IMG/VR virus record: IMGVR_UViG_3300017971_000007
Direction: 5' to 3' (one strand)
From: a virus
DNA: 64,000 nt
Notes under the pieces: generated by a model
What the model was told of the DNA's origin: nothing
Databases searched by the model: none
Seen by the model: the letters and a program-made list of their open reading frames with translations, nothing else
Shown: piece after piece, positions 37,296 to 47,498 of the stretch
Layout: each line of letters opens with the position of its first letter
How positions within the stretch are numbered: position 1 is the first letter of the stretch
Position numbers and translations under genes: made by a program

Positions 37296-37500
37296 TAAAA
37301 AATTTCGAGTGCCCTTTTCACGACAACCCTGGATCGGTTTCCCGTCACTGATTGTCAGGCACTCGTGGCTGCCGTCGGCTTGGTGGATGTCCTCCACTCC
37401 TTAGGCCCCCTTCGGGCATCTCTGCCGGGGACGACATCCGTTACCAGATGCGGTCGTCTCCAACAAGCCTGCGCTGTCCACATCCTCAAAGGGAGGACAT
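37296..37500 (-). ncRNA. putative ~200-nt structured small RNA with own promoter and terminator
   Basis: Promoter motif at 37505-37531; 5' AUGUCCUCC pairs with GGAGGACAU (37492-37500/37387-37395); GUAA and GAAA tetraloop hairpins; closing CGAGUGCC/GGCACUCG stem and U-tract. Confidence 0.65.
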
Positions 37501-37519
37501 AGGTCTTATAACGAAAAAG

Positions 37520-37684
37520 TCATACTTTTTTCACCTTCCCCATGATGGGATTTTCTACATACTCGAACCATTCTTTATAATCTTCGAGACATTGCTCATG
37601 AAAAAAACATTTTTTCCCTGTTAAATCCACTCTAATGACTGCATCTTTTCCGACTTCTTTTTTGCACCAATGACATTTATCCAT
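37520..37684 (-). CDS. small Zn-finger (TRASH/YHS-like) protein
   Basis: CHWC...FFHEQC; AAGGAG RBS before ATG 37684. Confidence 0.6.
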   Translation of the reverse strand: MDKCHWCKKEVGKDAVIRVDLTGKKCFFHEQCLEDYKEWFEYVENPIMGKVKKV

Positions 37685-37699
37685 CGTCTGCTCCTTAGC

Positions 37700-37903
37700 A
37701 AAAAAGAAGCCGTGCACTTGGGCGTTTTGGATGGCAAGCAATCATCCCTGTGATTGCAGTCTGTGCACGGCTTCTATGCGTTTATCAGCCCTGCTTTCCC
37801 AAGCAGGTAAGTTCACGCGTTCTCGTCAGCCTTTTTTGGGGAGTGCGGCTTACTTCACTCCATCTATTTATTTTCTAAAGAATGAGGAGACGGTCTCCTC
37901 GTT
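37700..37903 (-). other. structured intergenic RNA element/terminator
   Basis: 13-bp stem 37705-37717/37763-37775 with internal hairpin and U-tract; three further hairpins upstream. Confidence 0.5.
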
Positions 37904-37915
37904 TTATTGCACTTT

Positions 37916-38230
37916 TCAACGAGTGCATCTGCGACTCTCCGTTTTTATAATCTCTTCCAGTCTAAATTTAAACAGTGACGGAGACGTATTCGCCAGCGCG
38001 AACTCCGCCTCCGTCAAGGCGTAGATCTCCCCCCCTTCCGTTTCGAAGAAGAAGGGGTCGGAAATAGGCTGACCAGTGGAATCGAAAAACGACTCCACTG
38101 GGACGTTGAGACCGTCTTCGGTCTCAACGTGAGTTGCGGTCTTCGGTTTAAAGGCCGCTTTCACGGCCCCGTATGATTTCAGATAAGGGGCCGCAATCGC
38201 AGCCCCCAGAATACATAGTTCGATGAGCAT
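37916..38230 (-). CDS. hypothetical protein with hydrophobic N-terminus
   Basis: AAGGAG RBS before ATG 38230; promoter motif at 38249-38275. Confidence 0.7.
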   Translation of the reverse strand: MLIELCILGAAIAAPYLKSYGAVKAAFKPKTATHVETEDGLNVPVESFFDSTGQPISDPFFFETEGGEIYALTEAEFALANTSPSLFKFRLEEIIKTESRRCTR

Positions 38231-38302
38231 GTTTTCTCCTTTATAGCTCTTATACCTACACAAACGTTTATTTTTCGGGCGCTTGTGTGCTAACTTAGAC
38301 GT

Positions 38303-41300
38303 ATGCCTATTTCAAGTACAGAAATTAATAGTTTGATGGCCGGGCAGAACCAGATGTTCGGAACCGCCGTGTCTTCATTCGGTCCGATGGATGCTCCCGG
38401 AGTTAGCGAATACAATACCGGTACCCAGGCCGCTCCATCTATGATAGCTGGAGCAGCTACCTTCGGAGCTCCGATTGCCATGGGAATTGGGGGAATGATG
38501 GGAGGACCTATTGGCGGGATGTTGGACCCAACAACAGGAGCTCTTAGGGGATTTGGTAGGGGAGTTGGATGGAGATCTGGAGCGGGTTTTGGGGCGAATA
38601 TAGGGAATGTGTTTAGAGGAGGGGTAGGAGGAATAGCTAGGGGTGTTGGAATGGGGGCACTAGGATTCCTTCCAGGAGCGGCAATATACGGGGCTGCGAA
38701 CTATGCCGCAGGTCAGATGGTGGAAGGTGCCCAATTCCAAAACCAAATGGGTTCTTTTCTGCAAAGAAACTTCAGATTTACTAACCCAGCCAGCGAAACC
38801 GGATACGGGTTCGGGACCTCTCAGAGACAGCAAATAGGAAGGATGGTTCAGGAGATGGGCATCAAGGACGTGATGTCTACTCCCCAGGAATTGATGAACA
38901 TCATGAAGGGCGGGACCCAAATGGGGTTGTTCCGTGGAATTCAAGATGCCAGACAATTCAAGAACCGATTTAAGGAAGTCAAGGACACTCTCCAAGAGAT
39001 AGCTCAGACATTTAATAGTACATTGTCTGATGCCCTTCCGTTTCTAGGACAAGCCCGCCAAATGGGATTTTGGACTCCACAAGATATTACCAAGCACGCT
39101 GGTCAGGTTAGACAGGTACAATCTGCGACCGGCATGAATGCTCAACAGGTCCAACAAACAATGGCTGTCGGTGCTCAGATGGTTAGGTCAATAGGAGGGA
39201 CCGGTCAGCAGGGTGCACAGATGATGGCCCGGGCGCACATGATGGCGGGCTCGGCCGCATTTGGGAACGTTGTATCTGAGCGAGAACTTGGGGAGGCTGG
39301 ATTTGGGATAGGCGAGCAAGGGACCATGAACTTAGGCAATATGCTTGGTGGTCTAAGCGCAAGATTTGCCAGGGGCAGAACCGGACGATGGGCATTGGCT
39401 GCCATGATGAATAGAGAAGGTACTGGTTTAGACCCTGCTGCCCTAGCCGCATTTACGTCAGGCGGTCTTAGTATCGGAAGAATAGGTTCTCTAGCCAGAA
39501 GAAATGTTGGTGGGGGAAGAGCATACAAATTTGTGCAGAATGAGGAGGAACTCCGCGGACAACTCGCCCAAGCCGGCCCACAAGCTGCTTTGGGAATTGT
39601 ACAGTCTCTAGCCGGTCAAAGACTTTGGGGGGAGGGCGATAGAGACAAGTTGGTCACAAATAGAGTTATTCGGAGATTCTTTGGAGGAACCAAGAGGCAG
39701 GCGGAGATAATCGCCAAAATGGCTAGAGAGATGCCCCGTATTATGGCCATTCAATCTGCCCGTTCAGAATCTTCGTTAGACGCTCAAGAGCGTCAACGAG
39801 AGCAGATGATGAATAACACCTATGAGGGATTTAAAAGGAAGATAGGGCAATGGTGGAGCCAGAATGTAGATGGTCCGCTCCAACAAGCTGGAGCTGAAAT
39901 CAGCAATACTGTCGGCCGGTCCTATCAAAATTTTGTGGATAAGTTGACGGGACAGAGAGGAAGAGGGCTTGGTGTAAGCCCGGCTGCTGTCCGCTCGATG
40001 GTGAGGGCGGCTCAGACTGGAAATCTTGAGTACATCCAGGAGACGATGGCTGGTCCCGGAGCCATGCAGGAATTTCTTGGAGGAGCCGGCGGAGGTGTCG
40101 GGATGGAGGCTGCAGAAAGAATGAGGAACTTAGGGTTTAGCCCGACCCAAACAGAGCAGTTATTCGGGGCCAGGGGCATGGGAATAGCCAACGCCATAGC
40201 TCCTGGAATTGGTGGACTGGCGGTTATGGGAATGAACAAAATCGCTTCTGCCTTTGGATATGGACAGGAATTCGGTGCCGGACAGATAGATGAGATGCGC
40301 GGACTAACCCAGGGCAGTCGTGGAATTGTTGGAGCTGGATCTGCTAAGGCACTAGGATTCGGAACCACTGAGGCCATGACTGAGGCTTTGGGAGGTACTG
40401 GGGCCAGGAACATACAGACGTTTTTAAGAAGCTCAGAAGTCCAGCGCATGCGCATGCGCATGGGAATGGGGACCCTAAGCGAATCAGACAGGATGAAGTA
40501 TGCCCGGGGAGTGCTTCAGAGAGTTCAAGCTGGAGCTGCGGGAGAAGCTGCTCAAAGATTGGTTTCTGGATTAAGTGAGAGACAGGCTTTAGCCAGATTG
40601 ATGGCCGCTCAAGGAAAAGTTGGTGGTGAGTTCACTGCATTAGGTGATATGGGAGCTGGTATCGGAGAAGGAAATATAAGAGAGAGGATAGCGGAAGCAC
40701 AGGAACAGGCTGACCAGGGTCTGGCAGAAGTTCTTGGAGGAGGCTCGGCTATGGGCGGACTACTAGGAAGGGCAGGGGCTGCAATCGCCGGTTTAGCGAC
40801 TGCTCCATTTGGCGGCGCAGGTCTACTAAAAAGAGCGTTTGAAGGTGGCGAGAAACCTACCGAGGCCGGAATAGAGGAACTCAGAAAAGATCCACGCGGG
40901 GCTGAGGCATTCCGCCTTTTTCACAGCGCAGAAGAAGCTGAAAAAGATGGAGACATGGATAAGGCCAGGGCTTTAAGAGAGAAAGCCAGAGGTCGGATGA
41001 GTGAATTGGCCCAGGATACAGAATCTGGGATATCCAAGTCTGCTAGGTCAGCGGCTATTCTCTTAGGAGATGCCTCAGACCCGAGATCTAAGGCAGCTGC
41101 TAAAGCATCTGCTAATATCGGTCTCGGTATAAAAACATCCAACAGTCATATGTTTGCTAAGCAATTAGCTAGAAGGCGTAGGAGGGTAGTTGAGCAATTA
41201 GGCGGGGAGGGAGGACAGGGCAGGTTTAATCTGATGCAATTGGCTGGAAAAGATTCTGAGATTGGTAAGGCTTTGTCTAGTGCTCTGCGAGTGGGGACAG

Positions 41301-41980
41301 AGAAAGACCCTATAACAGCTAAAGAACACGTCACCCAGATGACAAACTTAGCCAGATTAGCCATAGAGGACCCCGACAAGGCTGCCAGGATGGCGGCTCT
41401 TCTACAACAAGAGGGTTTGGCTGGGACTGAATTGGAATACATTCTCTCTGGGGCCGGAAGAGTATCCACTATGGCAGAGTTGGGGATATCAGCAGAGGCC
41501 GAGGAAGGACTCGCCACTGGCGGAAGAAGGGGGTTAGGAAAAGCGCGAAAAGGTCTCAAGGCAATGCTCACTGGAATGGGACTTGGAGGCATAGATCAGA
41601 AGACGATAACAGGCCTCATACGTGGAGATGAGACCGCTAAGGAAACATTCACCGAGATAATGAGGTCTAAGAGATTCGGAGACCCAGATATCAAAAAATT
41701 CATTGAGGAGGCCCGCGGGGGACTGACAGAGGCGGAGATGAGAAGTAGAGGAGCTGGATTGCTTGTTGGTGGGGGAGTAACCACTCACAGTGAGCAAGTT
41801 GCCAAGGAAGCCGGTCTTAAGAAAGGCGAGCTTCATCTAACTGGCAGAGAAGGTTCTTCTAAAGGAATGCATGAGACATTAAAAGTTCACACTGTATATT
41901 TTAGGCAGATGGTAGATGCCCTAGGAAAAATATCCAGAAACGAGAAAATCACAAAGAAGGGTCCGGAAGGAGAAGAATAA
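38303..41980 (+). CDS. tape-measure-like virion protein
   Basis: 1225 aa, Gly/Ala/Met/Gln-rich and helical, with almost no Cys; heads the structural block before tube/hub-like genes. Confidence 0.6.
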   Translation: MPISSTEINSLMAGQNQMFGTAVSSFGPMDAPGVSEYNTGTQAAPSMIAGAATFGAPIAMGIGGMMGGPIGGMLDPTTGALRGFGRGVGWRSGAGFGANIGNVFRGGVGGIARGVGMGALGFLPGAAIYGAANYAAGQMVEGAQFQNQMGSFLQRNFRFTNPASETGYGFGTSQRQQIGRMVQEMGIKDVMSTPQELMNIMKGGTQMGLFRGIQDARQFKNRFKEVKDTLQEIAQTFNSTLSDALPFLGQARQMGFWTPQDITKHAGQVRQVQSATGMNAQQVQQTMAVGAQMVRSIGGTGQQGAQMMARAHMMAGSAAFGNVVSERELGEAGFGIGEQGTMNLGNMLGGLSARFARGRTGRWALAAMMNREGTGLDPAALAAFTSGGLSIGRIGSLARRNVGGGRAYKFVQNEEELRGQLAQAGPQAALGIVQSLAGQRLWGEGDRDKLVTNRVIRRFFGGTKRQAEIIAKMAREMPRIMAIQSARSESSLDAQERQREQMMNNTYEGFKRKIGQWWSQNVDGPLQQAGAEISNTVGRSYQNFVDKLTGQRGRGLGVSPAAVRSMVRAAQTGNLEYIQETMAGPGAMQEFLGGAGGGVGMEAAERMRNLGFSPTQTEQLFGARGMGIANAIAPGIGGLAVMGMNKIASAFGYGQEFGAGQIDEMRGLTQGSRGIVGAGSAKALGFGTTEAMTEALGGTGARNIQTFLRSSEVQRMRMRMGMGTLSESDRMKYARGVLQRVQAGAAGEAAQRLVSGLSERQALARLMAAQGKVGGEFTALGDMGAGIGEGNIRERIAEAQEQADQGLAEVLGGGSAMGGLLGRAGAAIAGLATAPFGGAGLLKRAFEGGEKPTEAGIEELRKDPRGAEAFRLFHSAEEAEKDGDMDKARALREKARGRMSELAQDTESGISKSARSAAILLGDASDPRSKAAAKASANIGLGIKTSNSHMFAKQLARRRRRVVEQLGGEGGQGRFNLMQLAGKDSEIGKALSSALRVGTEKDPITAKEHVTQMTNLARLAIEDPDKAARMAALLQQEGLAGTELEYILSGAGRVSTMAELGISAEAEEGLATGGRRGLGKARKGLKAMLTGMGLGGIDQKTITGLIRGDETAKETFTEIMRSKRFGDPDIKKFIEEARGGLTEAEMRSRGAGLLVGGGVTTHSEQVAKEAGLKKGELHLTGREGSSKGMHETLKVHTVYFRQMVDALGKISRNEKITKKGPEGEE

Positions 41981-41981
41981 A

Positions 41982-42227
41982 ATGGGTATCAGGAGATTAG
42001 ATGGAACTAATAAGATACCGGTTAGGAATGAGGCTTTCTTCAGAGTTCCTATCCGGGACGGGACGATTAGGACTGTTATTGTCAGGGACCTTCTGGCAGT
42101 CGAGGACCCTTATTTGAAATTAGTTCGGGCGAAGCTTTATACTGTTCTTACGGGGGATGATTTTAAGGCTGAGATAACGGACAGGTCCATAAAGGATGAC
42201 CTGATTAAATCAAATATCCAGATTTAG
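41982..42227 (+). CDS. hypothetical protein (structural operon)
   Basis: 81 aa, TAAAATG junction. Confidence 0.65.
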   Translation: MGIRRLDGTNKIPVRNEAFFRVPIRDGTIRTVIVRDLLAVEDPYLKLVRAKLYTVLTGDDFKAEITDRSIKDDLIKSNIQI

Positions 42228-42235
42228 GAGAGCGT

Positions 42236-42325
42236 ATGGAAGAGTTTCTGAAAAGTCTGGTTCCGTTGATAGAAGTTTTGACGGCATTGGCTATCACTGC
42301 CTTATTAATTAGTTGGTGTAAATAA
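42236..42325 (+). CDS. 29-aa membrane peptide (not in ORF track)
   Basis: AGGAG RBS; MEEFLKSLVPLIEVLTALAITALLISWCK*; TAATG overlap with next gene. Confidence 0.6.
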   Translation: MEEFLKSLVPLIEVLTALAITALLISWCK

Positions 42326-43758
42326 TGTCCACGTATATCGAAATGAGAACAGATGGATTCGCCAGAAACCTTGACTCAATTGTGGAGACCGAGGCGTTAG
42401 ATTATTCAGGGGTCAGACGTCCATTACGAGGCGTTGAGATAAAAGATGACACCTACGCGATCATCAAAGTGCTTCGTTCTGATGGGTCGGAAGTAGCTTT
42501 GACTGATGCCGGTTCCAAAAGAACGGCCTCTAGCGCCAGCGCTAGGTCCTTGAGGAATCTTAAATCAAACCCAAAGGCCGACTTAGACCAGCCCCCAGCG
42601 GGGTCGACCTTCAATTACAGCAATTTCATTGCCCAGAGAGTTGTGGATTCCAGGGCAGAGAAACAACAAATCATTGAAACATTTGGGGAGCCGTATATTT
42701 TCTTCTACGGAGAGAAGCCCAGGATTATGAATGTCCAGGGCCTTCTCATGAACACCGCGGATTTCAACTGGAAGAATGAATTCTGGAAGAACTACGAAAA
42801 TTACCTTCGCGGGACGAAGCTGGTGGAGCTAGATGCTAGAGTGTATTTCTACTTCGATGACCAGATTGTCGAGGGTTACTTATTAGATGCTTCAGCGTCC
42901 CATGATGCAAGTCTCCCTTATCAAGTTCCCTTCCAATTTACTTTGTTTGTTACGTCTCATACATATCTTAGTCTTATCGATGACACTGGTATGTATCCCG
43001 TCTCCGCAAATGTACGGGTTCCAGTCGATAATCTCAGGGACAAAGACAATTTAGATAACACCATCAAACAGCTTAGGGCCAGGATGGATTCCTTAAGACC
43101 GGATGAACTCCTTAGCACAACATGGGCAGTACAACAGGCGGCAGAAAAAGCTGCAGGGGGAGTAATCGGAAAACAGGCAATTATGAGTGCCGTCATAAGC
43201 GGATTGTCTGATTTTGAGGCAAAGACGGTAGCTTTTTTTGAGAATATCAAAACCTACTTCTATGGCCGTAGGATGGTTGTTCCGAAGGGAATAGCGGGTT
43301 CAGAAAATCTTACTTCTCGAGCCGAATTTGCGAATAAGGCAACATTTCCTGGAGAACCTATAGAGAGAGACTTGCCGCTGAGAACTTTCATCTCGGATAA
43401 TGTCGATGAATATATCGGTGGATGGGCCTATGACTTGCCAAAGTCTGTCATGGAGGAAGATATAGACCTAAACGAGATATACGAAGAAGATATTGAGAAA
43501 GCCTTACTAGCTCAGTTAGCTTCCATGGGAGTAGATATTAGCGACCCCACTCCGGCCCAGAATTGGAGGTCGAGCCTGACTCATACTCTGACAAAAACGG
43601 CGGATAGGATAGATTTCTATGCCGGTCTCGGTCGAGGCGTAACAACGAGTCTGAGAGAGAAGGCATTCCAGGCAGCGGATTTGGCTCAGTCCGTACCTAG
43701 CTTGCTACAAGCTCCTGTTGGGGCCTTAAAGGCTACGGTGCCGTTCTACATTCCTTAG
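42325..43758 (+). CDS. putative tail-tube-initiator/baseplate protein
   Basis: EKQQIIETFGE.YIFFYGE.PR....G.L..F.F.LFV tube-like beta pattern; position after tape measure. Confidence 0.5.
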   Translation: MSTYIEMRTDGFARNLDSIVETEALDYSGVRRPLRGVEIKDDTYAIIKVLRSDGSEVALTDAGSKRTASSASARSLRNLKSNPKADLDQPPAGSTFNYSNFIAQRVVDSRAEKQQIIETFGEPYIFFYGEKPRIMNVQGLLMNTADFNWKNEFWKNYENYLRGTKLVELDARVYFYFDDQIVEGYLLDASASHDASLPYQVPFQFTLFVTSHTYLSLIDDTGMYPVSANVRVPVDNLRDKDNLDNTIKQLRARMDSLRPDELLSTTWAVQQAAEKAAGGVIGKQAIMSAVISGLSDFEAKTVAFFENIKTYFYGRRMVVPKGIAGSENLTSRAEFANKATFPGEPIERDLPLRTFISDNVDEYIGGWAYDLPKSVMEEDIDLNEIYEEDIEKALLAQLASMGVDISDPTPAQNWRSSLTHTLTKTADRIDFYAGLGRGVTTSLREKAFQAADLAQSVPSLLQAPVGALKATVPFYIP

Positions 43759-43767
43759 GAGACGAAC

Positions 43768-44175
43768 ATGGAAGTTAGTAAACTAGCCGGGATATTCGAT
43801 GAGTTAGAGAAAATATCCGCGACTGTGTTAATGAAAGAGCTGACCCCGGCGGCCAAAAAGTTTATGAACAGGCTGACGGGATTTAGTGGTGTCGAAAAAC
43901 ATGCTCCTCCCACAGCCAGAAAATTGAAAAAGCTGTTAACAGGCCCAGGCTCCCCCCCTCTCACTACCGGAATCTCACACTCCAAATCCCTCACGGATAA
44001 GGCTGTAAAGGAGCAGAGCAGGAAGGTGTTTGAGGATGTATTATCCAAATCCGGTAAAGTTTATAAGAGAGGGGTCCCATCCAAGGCCGAAAAAATATTA
44101 CCGAAAAAAGTCAGCACAAAAGTAACAGAAGTCATGCCGATTTCACCGAGTATTGTGGGAAAGATTCCTGAATAA
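43768..44175 (+). CDS. basic protein with FDELEKI tag; putative internal head protein
   Basis: MEVSKLAGIFDELEKISA. Confidence 0.6.
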   Translation: MEVSKLAGIFDELEKISATVLMKELTPAAKKFMNRLTGFSGVEKHAPPTARKLKKLLTGPGSPPLTTGISHSKSLTDKAVKEQSRKVFEDVLSKSGKVYKRGVPSKAEKILPKKVSTKVTEVMPISPSIVGKIPE

Positions 44176-47100
44176 ATGGCACAAGGTCATCATCTAAGAA
44201 TTAGGTTGTTTTTGGAGGGCGTCGAAGTTCCTGTGGTCGCCACCTCCATACAGGTTGCGGCTAATGTCCCGGCTACAGCCTCCATTCAGGTAATAGCTAC
44301 AGATAAGGTACTGGACCTCCTCCCAAGAACAGTTATTCACCTTTTTTATTATGACTATGTGGAAGCTGGGCACGTGGCTCTAGACAGAAAGAAGGCCAAT
44401 CTCTCCAAAGAGAGTTACGAAGACTGGTTCAATTCCAGATACAAGCTCTTATTTATGGGGGAACTAGTAACTATAAAATTCCAGAAGCAGACCGGCCAGA
44501 GAGCAGTTGTACTAGAATGCGCAGATTTCTCCAATTACTGGGATACAACTTTCCAATACAACTTCAATGGGTCCTTGTTTGGTGGAAGAAGGAAGGCAGC
44601 ATTTATTGGGGCGAATAGTAATTTCTTTACAAGCCCGCTGGGTCACGGAACAGGAACTATTTCCAGGCTGTTGAATGGAAGGTCGGTTAACTTCCCAGAG
44701 CTCCGCGGTCTCCTAGCAGGAGTGGTGAGGATGCTAGAGGCGATTGGCGGGAGCTATTACGGTAAGAATACGTTTAGGGGATGTAACGATTTCACATCTA
44801 TCGCAGAACTAAGACTAAAAATCCTTCAACAAATTACTGCCGCTGAAAAAGATACTAGTACGGCGAAGCTATTCGCCAGGAAATCATTTAATGCCTGGAT
44901 GAATAGGTCCACTCAGAGTCTAGGGCAGTTAGTCAGTTTCAGGGGTTTAGTGAAGACGTGTTTTGGTTTCATCTTTCATGAAGTTTATCCTTGCCCGGTA
45001 GCCAAATATGTCCCAGCCGGAAACAGGTCAGAAACCAGAAAATGGAATGTGGGATTACATCAATCAAACAAATACGCCGGTTTTGCTGCAAAAGCTAGGA
45101 ATTCACTAAATCTAGTCAACACAGCCAGGGAATGGCTCGGGAATTGGAGACAGGCTGTAGCTGGAGACGGGAACCCTCCAGCGTTTGCATCGGCTTATGT
45201 TAGGTCGTGGATAGCGGCAGAAAAATCAGTCAATGAGCTGTATGCTCTTGGAGCGGCGACTGCACCAAAAGGAGCTCAAAAGGGACTGGCTATAATTAAG
45301 GAGAAAATGGGGAAGATAAGAGCCTTGTCTGTTAATAATGGCTTAATTAGCGCAAATTGGGGACCGGGGTACGGAACCTTAGATAGGAACTATTCCCAGA
45401 TAGATATCGAATATCAGGGCATCATAACTGCTCTGAAAGACATCCTCGGTATCAGATTAGCTAGGAGCAAAAACGTTACGGTAGATACCCAGCCGCGAGT
45501 CAATAATCAGATATTCAGGCCGGATGTATGGTTTACTGCCCCCCCAAGATGTAATGTTCTATTCCCCGAGATGTACAATCAGTTTGATTTTTCCAGACAA
45601 TATCTTCGGGAAGTGTCTAGGATAGAGCTTCAAACCCACAACGAAATTCTAGGCAATGATGCTTTATTTAATGGCAGATACTACGCTCCGAATGTGGAAG
45701 ATGTTCGTAGAGGAGCGAAATTAAGCTCCAGAAGATTTGCTCGCATCATTATGGACCACGAGCTCTATACTGGAATTATCCCTATGTTCGAGAATATGAG
45801 CGAGGCTAATTTATTTGCGATGCGTTCTGGTAAGGTGAATAAATCTGGCGCGAAAGTCAGCTATGCTCAGCGAGCGGTTAACTTCCAGTACTTCAAGTAC
45901 AGATTTGACAGTAGGGCAATGTCTGCCTCTGGAAGATTCAATCCCCAATTTGTAGCCGGATTCCCTTCTCTCATCATAGACAGACCGATGACTCAGAAGG
46001 ACTTATTAATTTCCTCGTTACCAACTGCAGAGCAGATAAAAGCTTTGGAGGATGCCGGAAAGACCGTCGGGGAAAATACCAGCAGGGGAGAAATTCTTAA
46101 GGAATTGGTAGGTCCGCAATATCTTGGAGTGTGCGCTTCGTTGTCCCATGTCGTATCTCAGGGCGGGGGAATCACGAGCTATCAATTCATGCAAGCGAGA
46201 GTGCATAGGGAGAGTACGGAATTTCTGGGGGTGGATAAGGTAGATACGTACAAGCAGGTCGGTCCAGGTATCACTGACACGATAGTTGCTACTCCAGAGG
46301 GAAGCCCTCCAAAAATAGGAGGGCGCGGCCCAAAAGGGGGAAAGATAACCAGAATTATTCCTATGTCATCTTTTGTAAAAGGAAGGATTTTCCCAGTTCT
46401 CGGTAATGGGACCCGTGTAATCATCGGCGAACTTTATCCAGAACCGACATATAAGCCGGCATATTTCGAGATTTTTCAAGACAGAAGCATAATGCTTAAA
46501 GCAGAAGCTTATTCTGTCAAAGAAGGGTATACGAGATATGTGAAATCCGGACAGGCAGATCTTCCCATGGAAGAGGCGGTGGCCCCGCCGTGGATTTGGG
46601 ATGGGTGGAGAGTTCCCAAAATCAACGAAACATATGATCAGATATTGGGAACGACTTCCATAACAGATATTTCTGGATACAGCGCGATGCAGACTGATGA
46701 ATCAGGAGCTCAAAGATTTTATGTAGGAGACGACCAACAAGCTGTAATCCAAGACCAGAACGATGTCTACGCATCTGGAAAAGGTAAAAGGTCTATTGCC
46801 TCCAAAACCGATACCAGGAGCCAGGAAATAAATAAGGCTAAGAAAAATAGCAAATCGCTGTTCCTAATGGATAACGAACTTACTGTAGAAAATTCTGTGG
46901 ATTATTTGGTCAGGGCCTATAGTTTTGTGAAGGCAAACAATCTGGATGTCGGGGATTTTCTTAAGTCGTATGGATGGCGTCCCGTGGCTACGATGGTTGA
47001 TATTCTTGGAGGCCAGGACCTTGAGATAAAACAGGTCACTAGAAAAGCGAGGAAGGTAGTAAAGCAGAAATTTCTGAAGAAGGAAGCCGTTGTCGTAACA

Positions 47101-47463
47101 TACGGTTTGGAGGAAAAAGACCCTATATACCCGTTTGAAGTGACTCCTAAGTCGTATCTCCCGAAGGATTTTAATACAGAGACTGAGGTCCTGGCCAAGG
47201 CTGTATACGGTACTAGGTACGTCACCAAGCTCGTAGACCAAATTGGATATGAGGCCGTAGGGAAAGAAGGATTTCACAGTCGCGCCTACGGAGATGTTGA
47301 GGACCTATTTGGGTTGGTAAGCCCGACAGTTAAAAAGGTCCTTCGGCTGTCTCAAGGGAAACAGAGAAAGGTAGCAGCTCGATTGGATGTGAGGAAGAGA
47401 AGAAGGGCGGCAGTTAAATTGTACGTGGCTGAATTAACACATTCCAAGGGATTGCTCGGGTAG
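44176..47463 (+). CDS. putative baseplate hub protein
   Basis: 1095 aa; N-terminal RLFLEGVEVPV..A.A.I..LFMGE..C.D pattern and FNP.FV.GFP.LI..G....L.H beta-barrel pattern; tail-module position. Confidence 0.5.
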   Translation: MAQGHHLRIRLFLEGVEVPVVATSIQVAANVPATASIQVIATDKVLDLLPRTVIHLFYYDYVEAGHVALDRKKANLSKESYEDWFNSRYKLLFMGELVTIKFQKQTGQRAVVLECADFSNYWDTTFQYNFNGSLFGGRRKAAFIGANSNFFTSPLGHGTGTISRLLNGRSVNFPELRGLLAGVVRMLEAIGGSYYGKNTFRGCNDFTSIAELRLKILQQITAAEKDTSTAKLFARKSFNAWMNRSTQSLGQLVSFRGLVKTCFGFIFHEVYPCPVAKYVPAGNRSETRKWNVGLHQSNKYAGFAAKARNSLNLVNTAREWLGNWRQAVAGDGNPPAFASAYVRSWIAAEKSVNELYALGAATAPKGAQKGLAIIKEKMGKIRALSVNNGLISANWGPGYGTLDRNYSQIDIEYQGIITALKDILGIRLARSKNVTVDTQPRVNNQIFRPDVWFTAPPRCNVLFPEMYNQFDFSRQYLREVSRIELQTHNEILGNDALFNGRYYAPNVEDVRRGAKLSSRRFARIIMDHELYTGIIPMFENMSEANLFAMRSGKVNKSGAKVSYAQRAVNFQYFKYRFDSRAMSASGRFNPQFVAGFPSLIIDRPMTQKDLLISSLPTAEQIKALEDAGKTVGENTSRGEILKELVGPQYLGVCASLSHVVSQGGGITSYQFMQARVHRESTEFLGVDKVDTYKQVGPGITDTIVATPEGSPPKIGGRGPKGGKITRIIPMSSFVKGRIFPVLGNGTRVIIGELYPEPTYKPAYFEIFQDRSIMLKAEAYSVKEGYTRYVKSGQADLPMEEAVAPPWIWDGWRVPKINETYDQILGTTSITDISGYSAMQTDESGAQRFYVGDDQQAVIQDQNDVYASGKGKRSIASKTDTRSQEINKAKKNSKSLFLMDNELTVENSVDYLVRAYSFVKANNLDVGDFLKSYGWRPVATMVDILGGQDLEIKQVTRKARKVVKQKFLKKEAVVVTYGLEEKDPIYPFEVTPKSYLPKDFNTETEVLAKAVYGTRYVTKLVDQIGYEAVGKEGFHSRAYGDVEDLFGLVSPTVKKVLRLSQGKQRKVAARLDVRKRRRAAVKLYVAELTHSKGLLG

Positions 47464-47498
47464 TTGCCATAACCTAAACACAGGGGTTAGAGTAAGAT

